A DNA stretch of 62,450 bases, counting the filler, from Dimargaris cristalligena (Eukaryota): NCBI GenBank assembly GCA_003614675.1. It is 3 parts of 3 records of this genome, joined end to end, with 100 filler letters (N's around TTAATTAATTAA, not from the genome) between each part and the next. Parts side by side here need not be neighbours in the genome. Positions count along the whole stretch, not along the records: positions 1 to 20,861 come from ML002686.1; 2 more parts are not named here. One strand, 5' to 3'. The number at the start of each line of letters is the position of its first letter. The stretch's first letter is position 1. The translations under genes and the position numbers were made by a program. The notes beneath the pieces are model-generated. The model did not search any database. It saw only the letters and a list, made by a program, of their open reading frames with translations, and was not told where the DNA came from. Positions 1 through 10,131 of this stretch are shown piece by piece.

Positions 1-2184
1 GGTCAGTTTGGCCTCGTGATGGTCTACCAGGGCCAGCTGGCGATTGACCAACTCGTCCACCCGCTGTTGCAGTTGGGTCTCGGTGACCTGGGCCTGGTCC
101 AGCTGGGCCATGAGGGAACCGACCCATTTTTCAGTCATTTGGCGCATGCGCACCAGCATACCAATGGTCTGCAGACTCAGGGACCACCGCTCGGCCTCGG
201 GCACGGTGGGGCCGGCTTGCTTTTCTTCCTCCTCCTCCTCCTCCTTGGATGAGCTGAGTAGCGTCCAGATTTGGTCTAGGGTGCGACGGGCCTGGGCGGT
301 TCCCCGAAGGGGTTCATCCCCGTCCTCCCGGGAGGCGTAGACTAACCGTACGGAGGTAGGGGGTTCCTTCTCCAACTGTGACCAGGCCTCGTGGGCCTGC
401 CGGCGGTCCACCGCGAGTTTCTCGAACAGTCCCGTGATGCGCTGCAGGAAAGTCACCCGATCTTCCCGGAACAGGGCCTGGCTATCGCCCATGACCACCG
501 AGGGGACAAAGTTCTGCAGGAGATTTTCCAATAGGGCCAGGTGACGCAGGTGGGTATCATTAAAAGCGGTCAGGACCTTGTCGGCCGCTGTGGGGTTGCT
601 ACCCGTAGCGCCCCTCTCAGAAGAGGTCTCGGCTGACCCCGCCGGGCTGGATTCGTCGTGGTGGCGGCGGATAAGGGCGGCCTCATCGCGGATTAATTGC
701 TCAAGCCGCTCCACCGCGACTTGCTGGGCAGGGTCGGGGGGTGGGAACCGGGTATCCTGGGGGGAGACGGCCCACTGGGAGGTGGCGGGAGACAGTATGG
801 AGGAAATGCCGCGAGGCACTCCGGGTATCTTGTCATCAAGCACGTCCCGCTGGGATAGGTGGGGTTGGGCGGGATATTCCCCTACGTCGGTGGGCAAGAT
901 GGATGGCAGCGTCGGGGGTGGGGTCAGCGGACCACCTAATATCTGATGCGGAGTAGCCTCCATTGGTTTCGTGGGACGCTGGATATGTACGAATGTATCG
1001 TTGAAATCGTCCGGGAACCCCGGGGAAGCCAGATGCGGGTCTGATTCGTCCATTGGCCGGCGGCGGAGAAAGGCCCCCGTGTCAGGGGGTGGGGTCAGGG
1101 GCCTCTGGCCCACATGACTGGAGGTCGACACGGGGCTGCCAAAGTCAATCACGGGGGAAATGGGTCGGACATCCATTAGGAGGTCATCATCGTCGTCGCC
1201 GTCATCGAAGCCAAAATCGAAGCCACCGCCTGGGGATACTGGACCAGCCGTTGCATCCATAAGAAGAGGGGGGGATTGCGTCACTCGCAGTTGCTGGCGC
1301 AAGTGGTGGAGCTGGGCCTTGAGCTCCGCTACTTCGCTGAGTAGTTCGGCCTGTTTATGGGCATGGTTGGACTGCTCCTCTGCGACCCGGGACTGCAGCT
1401 GTTCAATGTTACGCCGGGCGAAACGTTCGGTACGCTCCTTGTCGTGGACCGCCTGTTGGCGCTGGAATTCGGCTCGCTCGATAAGCTGCTGCTGTGCAAA
1501 GGTATAGGCGGATTTGCGCGGAGTGGTGCTGGTGTCGGTAGTGGGTGTCCGGGAGTGGCGGCGCCGGGTGCGCGACCGTTCGAGGAACATATCCAGGGCG
1601 GTGGGCTGTCCGCTGGAGCCGGGGCAGGGAGTAGCCGAAGGATCCGGTAGCAGCTGGGGGCTGGAGGATGGTTCCGGGGACCGCGGGGGTTCACGGGGTA
1701 CGATAAGCTGGGACACCCGACGGTAGAATTTGGAGTCCCGGGCACTGGGGGGGCGGGCCGTCCCAACGGGGGTGCCCAAAGTTCGACGCCGGTTGCGGGG
1801 GTTGGTGTGGGGGGTCTGAGGGGTGGGACTACGCCAGTCAGCTCCGGGGGTAGCCGGGGAATCCAACTGGCCCCGCTGGGCTCCGCGGAGAGATCGCTGG
1901 CCCAGTCGGCGCTCTTCGCTGTTCAGCAGTTGGGTAACGTGATTGGCCAAGCGGAAGCGCGCGGGGGCCTGGGGGGATTCCTCTAGTTTACCCTGCTCAA
2001 TCATACGCTCAATAGCGGTCTTAACCCGTTGAGACCAGCCCCGCTTAAGGGGCACATTTTCGGACTCGCGCTGGCATTGGAAATAGGTGCGGATCGACTG
2101 GATATGGACATAGGGGTTATGTCGGGTTCCCCGGAGCTGGTCAATGGCCTCGAGGATGGTTTGTTCGTAAGTGCCTACGGCCAT
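1..2184 (-). CDS. Partial (3'-truncated) protein of at least 728 aa: N-terminal linker-histone H1/H5 globular (H15)-like domain, S/T-P-rich disordered region, coiled coils
   Basis: ATG at 2184. The frame reads open to the window edge, so it has no stop and is absent from the ORF track. Translation MAVGTYEQTILEAIDQLRG...IQSIRTYFQ...VKTAIERMIEQGKLEE...RFRLAN resembles the H15 pattern (Y..MI..AI ... I..YI ... K.AL.RL...G.L.Q ... SFRLA). Q/E/R-rich heptads at about 1290-1500 and 1-200. Confidence 0.7.
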   Translation of the reverse strand, partial: MAVGTYEQTILEAIDQLRGTRHNPYVHIQSIRTYFQCQRESENVPLKRGWSQRVKTAIERMIEQGKLEESPQAPARFRLANHVTQLLNSEERRLGQRSLRGAQRGQLDSPATPGADWRSPTPQTPHTNPRNRRRTLGTPVGTARPPSARDSKFYRRVSQLIVPREPPRSPEPSSSPQLLPDPSATPCPGSSGQPTALDMFLERSRTRRRHSRTPTTDTSTTPRKSAYTFAQQQLIERAEFQRQQAVHDKERTERFARRNIEQLQSRVAEEQSNHAHKQAELLSEVAELKAQLHHLRQQLRVTQSPPLLMDATAGPVSPGGGFDFGFDDGDDDDDLLMDVRPISPVIDFGSPVSTSSHVGQRPLTPPPDTGAFLRRRPMDESDPHLASPGFPDDFNDTFVHIQRPTKPMEATPHQILGGPLTPPPTLPSILPTDVGEYPAQPHLSQRDVLDDKIPGVPRGISSILSPATSQWAVSPQDTRFPPPDPAQQVAVERLEQLIRDEAALIRRHHDESSPAGSAETSSERGATGSNPTAADKVLTAFNDTHLRHLALLENLLQNFVPSVVMGDSQALFREDRVTFLQRITGLFEKLAVDRRQAHEAWSQLEKEPPTSVRLVYASREDGDEPLRGTAQARRTLDQIWTLLSSSKEEEEEEEKQAGPTVPEAERWSLSLQTIGMLVRMRQMTEKWVGSLMAQLDQAQVTETQLQQRVDELVNRQLALVDHHEAKLT

Positions 2185-2901
2185 GGTCACGGCAGGAAGC
2201 CCCAGGAACGGGGAGGAGTAGATGGGATTAATAGACTGGGCGGTAAAAGGGGGAGGGGGGTTGATAAGAGAAACTATGTGGAATAGTAAAGAATAGTAGT
2301 CGCTAAGCGAGTGTCGCCGTTTGAGAATGGAGCCTGGGCGGAGTTGAAGGGCTCCCAAATAAGCTCAAAGTAATACAATAGTTGTGGGCGAAAGGGGTAG
2401 TGGTCAACCAATAACTAAGGCACGGGGAGGGGACTATATGGAGGTAGTCGGGATATGACCCGATAGCAATCAAAATACCGGAAAACTCTCGGTGGGCGGT
2501 CTGGGGCAAATAAGGTAAACAGTCGTCTTACAATACAACAGGCAATGCAAGAGGAAAACAATACTTGGCTATAAAACAAAATATAAGAAAATACCTCCAA
2601 ACGAAAACAACGTTGTACAGGTTCAAGTAGACCCCGACCAGCGCGATTGGTAGCGAGGGTACTGGGAACCCAGGTGACTTTCCCGCGGGTCTGGCTGCAT
2701 AGACAGGGGGATGGTAGACTTTACGAGCTACTGAATTCATCTAAGATGCTGAGGAGATCAGGCCTGCCAAACGCTGCCTCCAGCCCTCCTGCATCGCATC
2801 GTCTTCGGCCCACCATTTAACCACATTTCCGCCCAAATATCCCTGTCCTCTTCTTGGGCAATACTAAGGCATCGGGCCATTGAAAGGGACTTTGCGATAT
2901 A

Positions 2902-2911
2902 GTCACGTGAC
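2902..2911. promoter_or_regulatory. Palindromic GTCACGTGAC E-box (Cbf1/bHLH-type site) in the divergent promoter of RPS30 and the H15-like gene
   Basis: Perfect 10-bp palindrome about 215 bp upstream of the RPS30 ATG; the same core recurs upstream of five other genes. Confidence 0.6.
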
Positions 2912-3124
2912 CCATCTCTCGGATATGCTTAAGCCCAACAACCCGTTCAATTGGCATCGCCTGCCTCATCCATTTGGCTAGCCTGCCTATTTCATAGGTT
3001 TAATCCGACCTTCCATGTTCAGTATAGAGCTTCACCCGTAACCGTCTCGCCCAGGTTCCGCCCTTTGATTCCACTTTCTACACTCTTTGAAAGTCTCTCA
3101 TCCTTTCGCCTTCACATCGCCACA

Positions 3125-3777
3125 ATGGTATGTCTCCCAACCCCGTCCGTCGACCACTGGCCCGAATCCGCCCCTCCGATACGCCGGGCGAACCATCCGT
3201 CTTTGCACCCATCCATCCATCCATCCATCCACCCGGTAAAACGATCGCCTGGCGCAGCCCCATTTTCAGATGTCGTTTCTGTCTCGAAAACATCTTTAGG
3301 GAAGCGACGATCTGGAGGGTGGGTATGGATGGAATATGGGTGGGGGGGGTTTATCCGGAATGTAGCGGAGGCGCGGCACTGGCGTCAGTTCGGGCGTGTC
3401 CAGCGTCGTTGAACAGAATCGCTCATCTGCATTCGACGATTCCCCCAGGACCAATGTTAGATGTGCCCATTTAGTAGCCATCTTGGTTCAACGAATCCCG
3501 TTGTGCCTAGCTAGCCCTTTTGTATGACTGACCCTCCCTCCTCCGCTATCCTTCTTACTTGATTTGTATTGTTCGAATTCTGATTCCATAGGGTAAAGTT
3601 CACGGATCTCTCGCTCGTGCCGGTAAGGTCAAGTCTCAGTGCCCCAAGGTCGAAAAGCAGGACAAGCCTAAGTCCCCCGTCGGTCGTGCCAAGAAGCGCA
3701 TTCAGTACAACCGCCGTTTCGTCAACGTCACCAGCATCGGTGGCAAGCGCCGTATGAACCCCAACACCACCGCTTAA
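3125..3777 (+). CDS. RPS30: 40S ribosomal protein S30 (eS30)
   Basis: join(3125..3127,3592..3777). ATG-only exon 1, GTATGT...CATAG intron. Protein [47 protein letters not shown]...; not in the ORF track. Confidence 0.97.
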
Positions 3778-4205
3778 ACGGATTGCCTACCACGCATTTC
3801 TTTAGTCATCTGTACCCCCTCCCCTCCTTGCTGCGTACTCTCCCAGTATTCATACGTTATATTCAAGAACGGTTAGCCGTAATAAAACCTCTGGCCGCCC
3901 CCATGAAGGACTAGCTTCGAGACTTTCCACTATCTCTTGAACTCCAACTGTTCCATTCTGTCTGTATGTATGTGAGTGAAGCACTATACTGAGGAAATGA
4001 ATTATGCCATTGCCGTCAAACTGACGGGGCTGAAATTAAGCCCTGCGACTGACTTCAAGCGATGGCTTTGTTCATTTAATGATTTCTGGACGACATGCTA
4101 GGTCATCTTGAACCAGGGAAATTTGATGAACCGAGTTTATTCGCATATATAGTATACAGACCAACTCTTCTTGGTCTAGGTTAGTGAGAGAGAGAAACTA
4201 GGTAA

Positions 4206-6431
4206 CTAGGAAATATATTGAAGTAACTGGTGCTGATACATAGACACCTGTTCTTTGAGACGGTAGTAATCGTTGAGCATGTTTTGCAGCTCCTTGTTGG
4301 TGCACTCCTTGAGTTCGGTTATCTGGATGGAAACATCAAGCATATCAGGATTTATAGTAGTTGGTTAAAAGCTGCGTTCTTTAGTTCAGCGATATCTCGT
4401 TGCATTATCCCGTCGCTTCAAGCACAACCAGTCAGCCTTGGATAAATGGGGGGCAGGCTTGGAACGCCATTCATACATCATTTAGAGCACAGTAAATAAA
4501 ACCACCGACTTACCCGTTGCTCCATTTCTTCGGTCAACCGTTTGTTGCGCATAATCTTGTCTTTAGCCACCTCAGTCTCGGTGGTAGCCCGCTTGAATTC
4601 GTCCTGGAGTTGATTCTTCTTGGCCATGAGTCCATCCAGTTTCATGGACTTTTGCTTCTCCAGGCGGTTCAGCTTATCCTGAATTAGCGTCAGCTGCCGG
4701 CCGTGGCGTTGCTGGGTCAGTTCCAACTCGCGGAGTTCAATCTGACGCTGCTCGAGTTGCTCCCGATCCAGGGTCACCTGCTGGACCGACTCCTCCACCT
4801 TATGTTCTTCGGCCTGGCAGTCTTCCTGCAGCCGCACGCAGGACTGGAGTTCCTGTTCCACGGCGTCCATGGTTTCGATGCGGATTTCCAGCTGCCGCAA
4901 CTTATGCTCTAGCGCGGTAATGGCGCTCTTGCTCTGGTACACCATGTTGTTCATCTCTTGGAGTTCTTCCTTGGCCTTTTCCGGGTCTTGCACAATTTTG
5001 GACTTGAGGTCGTTGATGCGATTCCGGAGTTCGTTTTCCTCGTTTTGATTGCGGTTCTAGAAAAAGGATGGAGGGTACCATAATATATATATATATATAT
5101 ATATATAAGAACTCAAAAGGATATTAGATAAGGTGGGCGGCGATCATTATACTCTTAAATAACCCCACATTAGGCTTTATCACTTTCTTGGTCATTTCCA
5201 CGCCGAATATAAAACTGGCAGACTTACATCAATTTCACCCAGTTCCCTCAATTCCGCACGCTTTCCATTCACTTCGGAAACGAGTGCATCTTGAACGTGG
5301 ATGCATTGCTTAATCTCCTGAACCAGGGACTCGATCTTTTCTTTGATCTTTTTGATTTGTGGTTCGCCCTGGGTCCGGCGATATCTAGGTAAAAATTCGA
5401 TAGCAGTATTAGGCCAAGGGTTAGCAAAGGAGGAGGGGATTGGGCGAAAATGGCTACATCGAGTATTGCCACCTATAATTAAACTACGTAGTGCGATCTT
5501 ACTTGGCGTTGTTGATTTGTTCTTGGAGGTCTTCACGTTCTTGTTGGAGGGTACTTAATTGTTTGCTATATTCCTCCTAAATAACGATCGATAATATTCG
5601 TATAGGGGAGTGAATACCAACGTATTAGGGGGAGCTTAATGATGGAATCGGTAATTTCGGGGATTAGAATTAACATTATACGAGCAACTGTTTGGGTTTT
5701 AAACAGCATATTGGGGTAGGTTAGCTTACAGATTGATTGACGTATTTTTCGAATACAAACATACGCTCCTCGCGAAACTTGCAAAAATTGATAATGGCGC
5801 TCAGGATATGTTTGACCCGACCCGGACTTGGTTTAAGGATGTCCCGGAGACTAAAGTCGCCACCACCGACCTCACGCATCAGAATACATCTATTGGGAGT
5901 TGACGTCCGGGCGGGGTACGGCAATAGGCATAATATCATCAATTCCAAATTGTAATCATACAATACATAGTGTTCTCCATTAGAGCGGTCAAGGGATAGT
6001 ATAGTATTATACTAAGGTGAGGGTGAAAGGAGGAGGGGGGCTCTTAGGCCCAACCGGTTCTACACAAGCCAATCGGGCATCCTAAAGTTACCCTCAGGGT
6101 CAGATTCTTACATGTGGTGATAAAAGTTCATCAGGAGAGCACTGTCAGTATGAATTTCGGGGTGCTCAAGAATATCCCCCAAGTCGGCCGCGGGACTTTC
6201 GAACTGGTCGCTCGTCACGCCCATGAGGATATCGGCGAAGGCCTCGTAAACGACTTGCATGCGCTGGGGGGTGGGCTTAGACAAGTCCTCTTCCGAAAAG
6301 GGAATCTGAAGGTCGCCCATGCATTGCACGATTTCACTGTCCGGGAGGGCAGGGAAAATGTAGTTGGGCCGTTTGTGGTTAGCTCCAACGTGGCGGGGAG
6401 TCATACCCCCCAGGCCTCCATAGTTGTACAT
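4206..6431 (-). CDS. NUF2: Kinetochore Ndc80-complex subunit Nuf2 (~456 aa, 6 exons)
   Basis: Exons 6431-6112, 5889-5730, 5576-5503, 5384-5228, 5056-4514, 4322-4206; all GTAAG donors and YAG acceptors, phases consistent. Motifs FP.L...EI, DL.KPTP, DFSLRDILKP.P.R...ILSAIINF.KFREER, then a long coiled coil with IVQDPEK. Confidence 0.92.
5083..5107. repeat. (AT)n microsatellite in a NUF2 intron
   Basis: Perfect AT dinucleotide run. Confidence 0.95.
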
Positions 6432-6774
6432 GGTCAAAAAAATAATGTAGAGGTTAGTCAGGGAAGACTGGGTCAAGTAAGTAAGGGCAGATTTAAAAAA
6501 AAAACTATGTGGAAAATCCAAGACCAAAGAACTGCCGGACCCTGGATGAATTTCGACCAGTTTATGTTAGAGGGTGGTGGTAGACCTCGAACAATTAGGC
6601 AAAATTGGACCAGCTATTAAGGTGTAAAAATACCAAAACAAACACCCTTCCTCCAAGTCACGCAAAGTGTAAACTCCGCCAAGTATTACGCTATAGCCAG
6701 GGTGCAAACTACTACCAAATGTGACACGTGACTTGTTTACCGTAACCCACTGCCCCTCCGTTTATTGAAAGCCA

Positions 6775-6916
6775 TATGGGTGATATTCGGCCCAGCTGTA
6801 TAGGGATTTAAATGATAAGTGCATGAGAAAATGGGTGAGTGATTCATTTCTAGCCAGTAGTATTTTCCTCATCCAATGGATTTTTCGTTATACAGCCTGG
6901 TTGAACCTCTCCCATA
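6775..6916 (+). mobile_element. 142-bp MITE-like element, copy A
   Basis: Imperfect ~28-bp terminal inverted repeats (TATGGGTGATATTCGGCCCAGCTGTATA ... TATACAGCCTGGTTGAACCTCTCCCATA); same length as, and homologous to, the copies at 12639 and 22317. Confidence 0.8.
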
Positions 6917-6994
6917 TCAAGTAAGCCACGATCATCCCATTCCGGGTGAAGACAGTATTAGCGACCTAAAATCAAATAGTACAAAAAGTAAAAA

Positions 6995-7130
6995 ATGGGT
7001 GAAGTTCAACTCAGCTTAAAGGGTTTCGGACGAAATGTAAAAGGTGGTATACACAAGAGATGTACTTTTATCGAGTGTTATCAGCCTTACCAACCGAATT
7101 TCGCGATATGCTGCTGGGCTGAATTTAAAT
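6995..7130 (+). mobile_element. Possible degenerate fourth MITE copy
   Basis: Begins ATGGGTGAAGTTCAACTCAGCT and ends ATTTCGCGATATGCTGCTGGGCTGAATTT, both resembling the family termini, with similar spacing. Confidence 0.4.
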
Positions 7131-7253
7131 GTGATGGTAGCTTTTGATAATGGCTGATGGATGGCTATATTCACCAAGAGAATCTTCGGATAGGTTTGTC
7201 TTCTAGCCGATAGAGGGCACCCCGAAAAGAAGAATATAATATTCCAGAGTAGG

Positions 7254-7626
7254 ATGGCTTATAAGTATCAGAAGCGCTCAAGGGCACAGGTGAGACGTCT
7301 ATACCCACTGTTGAAACCCCGTACTCACTCTGGGTCCTTTTCTATTCCTCGTTCCCGGGATCAGAGTAATTTGCCCTTCTATTTTCCGGCTATTCACTTT
7401 GGTGAGTTTGTCCTTTCCAACGGGGCCTGATACGCCACACATCTGGCCTCCATTGATTCGGAACCCTCCAACAGTGGCGCTGTACTACCATACGCCAAGT
7501 ACTTCCGTACAGCAGCAGATAAAACTATTCCGTAAATACTTTTGTAAACGGCTTCAAAGGATATTTAGTAACGACCAGAGGGTCTTCTCTCGACGCCCCT
7601 GCCGTTTCCCCTATTGGCCAAGGTGA
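7254..7626 (+). CDS. Possible small 3-exon gene (74-aa basic protein) or gene remnant
   Basis: join(7254..7289,7365..7401,7475..7626). Two GTGAG...CAG introns of 75 and 73 nt keep the frame to TGA 7624-7626. No homology recognised. Confidence 0.25.
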
Positions 7627-8768
7627 TTGTACTCTTAGATGGCCACCATGGCACTCTAGTGCAGCACCACTAAGAATATTATATACACGTAACATAAAAA
7701 AGGTACAACATTTAGGTAATACTAAAGCTAGCTAAGTGTGGAAATAAATACAACCCTTTCATTCCCCTCTTTTAAAAGCATTTATCAATAGCCAATAATA
7801 GGCCCGGCGAATCGCCACCCAAGACATTGTGATAGGGTACGGGCCACCGACTACACTGTCGAGAGAAGGGATATATGAGTTTAGTTTTGTATCACTTTGG
7901 AATCGAGACCTTGCCATCAGCACTATATATATGTACTGATAAGATAGCATCACTAATGTCTGAATGTACAATTTGGGCGCGAGTAGGTGAACACAAGTAC
8001 CGTGAACTGGATAATACTATACAGGGGGCGACAACACTCCCATGTATTCATCAACGTATCGGTTAAATTATATGGGCATATATACAACTTTACTTCAGCT
8101 AGAATGTTCCCAATCAGCAATTGAATACTCTTATATAATACAACTAACCTTTACTTAATAATGTTATAACCCAAACTATTGGAGGTTTTAGCACTCCATT
8201 GAATGAGTAAACTACGGAGCTTTAATAGGGGACCCGCGAAACTATTATAGAGCTCTTGATTAACTACTTTAACCACCCCATTCTCTCTTCCGCTCACCTC
8301 CACTGTTAGCAGACACCAAGTTTTCCTGTCTAACCATGAGTTGTACAGACTGGCCTTCTAAGAAAAAGGCAATAGTGCAGTATGTCCTCTACATGAATTG
8401 AACAGTGTTAGTCTTGCCTATCTGCCGTTTTTTCCTCGCCATGCCCATTCACACAGTATCCCAAAGAGAACCAACGCCTAAGAATCACCCCTACGTGGCT
8501 GGAAGTGTGTCTAAATATAGGCACCTACTTGTTCAAAAACCGGATAAGCAGTTGTTGTATATAACACCACCCGGACGCGATATATAAAAGGTGGCCGGTC
8601 GCTGGCAGTATTCGAACAACAATTGACTATACTAGTCTCCCGTTTCTACTTTTGCAAATATCGTTACATATCCCATTTTTATATTAAAGGTATTGTAAAA
8701 TTACCCTTCTCCTTGCCCAGCCATTCAACCAGCTACATTCAGTCCCGAACCGCCGTTGACCTACCGCC

Positions 8769-10131
8769 ATGTATGCGGTATCCATGCTTAGCCTCCTAGG
8801 CCTTACTCTGCTACCCGGTACCACAACGGCTTTACCGAACCCTCGGATGCCAGTTACTGAATGGAATCATCCAAAGGTATCTAATCAAGCCAACAACCAC
8901 CTGCAACGTCGAGGATTGCCTATTTACAAACCCAAGGGCGATAGTGATACTGAAATCTCTGTAAGTCTTTACAATATACTGAATAGCCCCCTCTTTTTTT
9001 ATTGTTTTTTGTACATTATGCCGTGGATTCTTTACAGCCCAGCCCTTGTTAGACGTCCTCGCGGTAGACTTGGGTGTAAGTTTGACTTAATGAACATAAA
9101 CTATAGCATCTATGTATCCCTAACAACATAGTTTAATATAGAATGACGGCACTGGGTCCCACCATCCCAATGCCTCTGGATTCGACGACGGGTCCTTCTC
9201 AATTCTCGATCCTGCTAACTATAGTAATGTTGCAGCTAACCAACAGACGCTGAGAAGTTTTCCGGGTGCTACTGAGTCGCTACTGATGCAGAGCCGTGCC
9301 TACATTGTCCAGGCAATGCTAGATCGCATGACCAATGCGCAAAATGTCCCCGCCGATTATATCAGGCCCGAAAATGGGCTAACTGTCCAAGAAATAACGG
9401 AAGCCATCCAAAGTGTCGCTGACTATCGCAGTATCGCCACTCGTAATGTAAACTGGGTTAATGTTGCTCAACTTTCGGATGAGCAAAAACGCGCTGTGAT
9501 CCCAGGATTCACACTTATTAACCAAGGCCTTGATGAACCTATTCGTCAATTTTTGGATTTCGTAGTTAACGATTACCTGGAATTAGCAAACGACATTGAG
9601 GAACAAGTCAAGCCATGGGAACTCGATAATGACGTGCTATTAACGGTGTTTAACGATGGCCTGCCTTATTGGGATGATCTGGACATGACTCGTATCTGGG
9701 CCGTTAACATGATCATACTCTTGGTTCAGACTCGCCAGTGGAGTACTTTAAGGTACTACATCGGAAAAATGGACTTTGACGTAAATGAACGGTTGGTTTA
9801 TGTCTGGTATGTAGTTGTCATTACTGCCGGACTCCGGAACCAACTCCCTTTGTTCGAGTCCCAAGCCAGCTTTGCGAGAGATATGGCCGAGTATCTGGAG
9901 GTTATCCAAGGGTCCCTGGAAGAACAGTCCCTGGATGATTTCATCCAGTGTGCCAATGACTGGAATTTACCCGAAGCAGCTACTTTTCTCCAGGCCCTAG
10001 GTGGATACTGGGAAATCCCCCTGACCAACCGAGGCCTTTGTCCCGGGATTTTTGCTATCCCTAGCACTATAAGCTTTGGCGAAAATGGGTATCTCGCTGT
10101 TCTGGTAGACGAATCCTTTACTCCCATTTAG
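8769..10131 (+). CDS. Secreted orphan protein (~393 aa) with signal peptide and dibasic (LQRR) pro-peptide site
   Basis: join(8769..8960,9142..10131). A GTAAGT donor and TAG acceptor link the 8769 and 9286 ORFs in frame. Hydrophobic N-terminus MLSLLGLTLLPGTTTA-LP; TATATAAAAG about 190 bp upstream. Confidence 0.75.

Noticed and set aside
16..1766. Numerous short plus-strand and off-frame ORFs
   Set aside because: Shadows of the single long minus-strand CDS 2184-<1.
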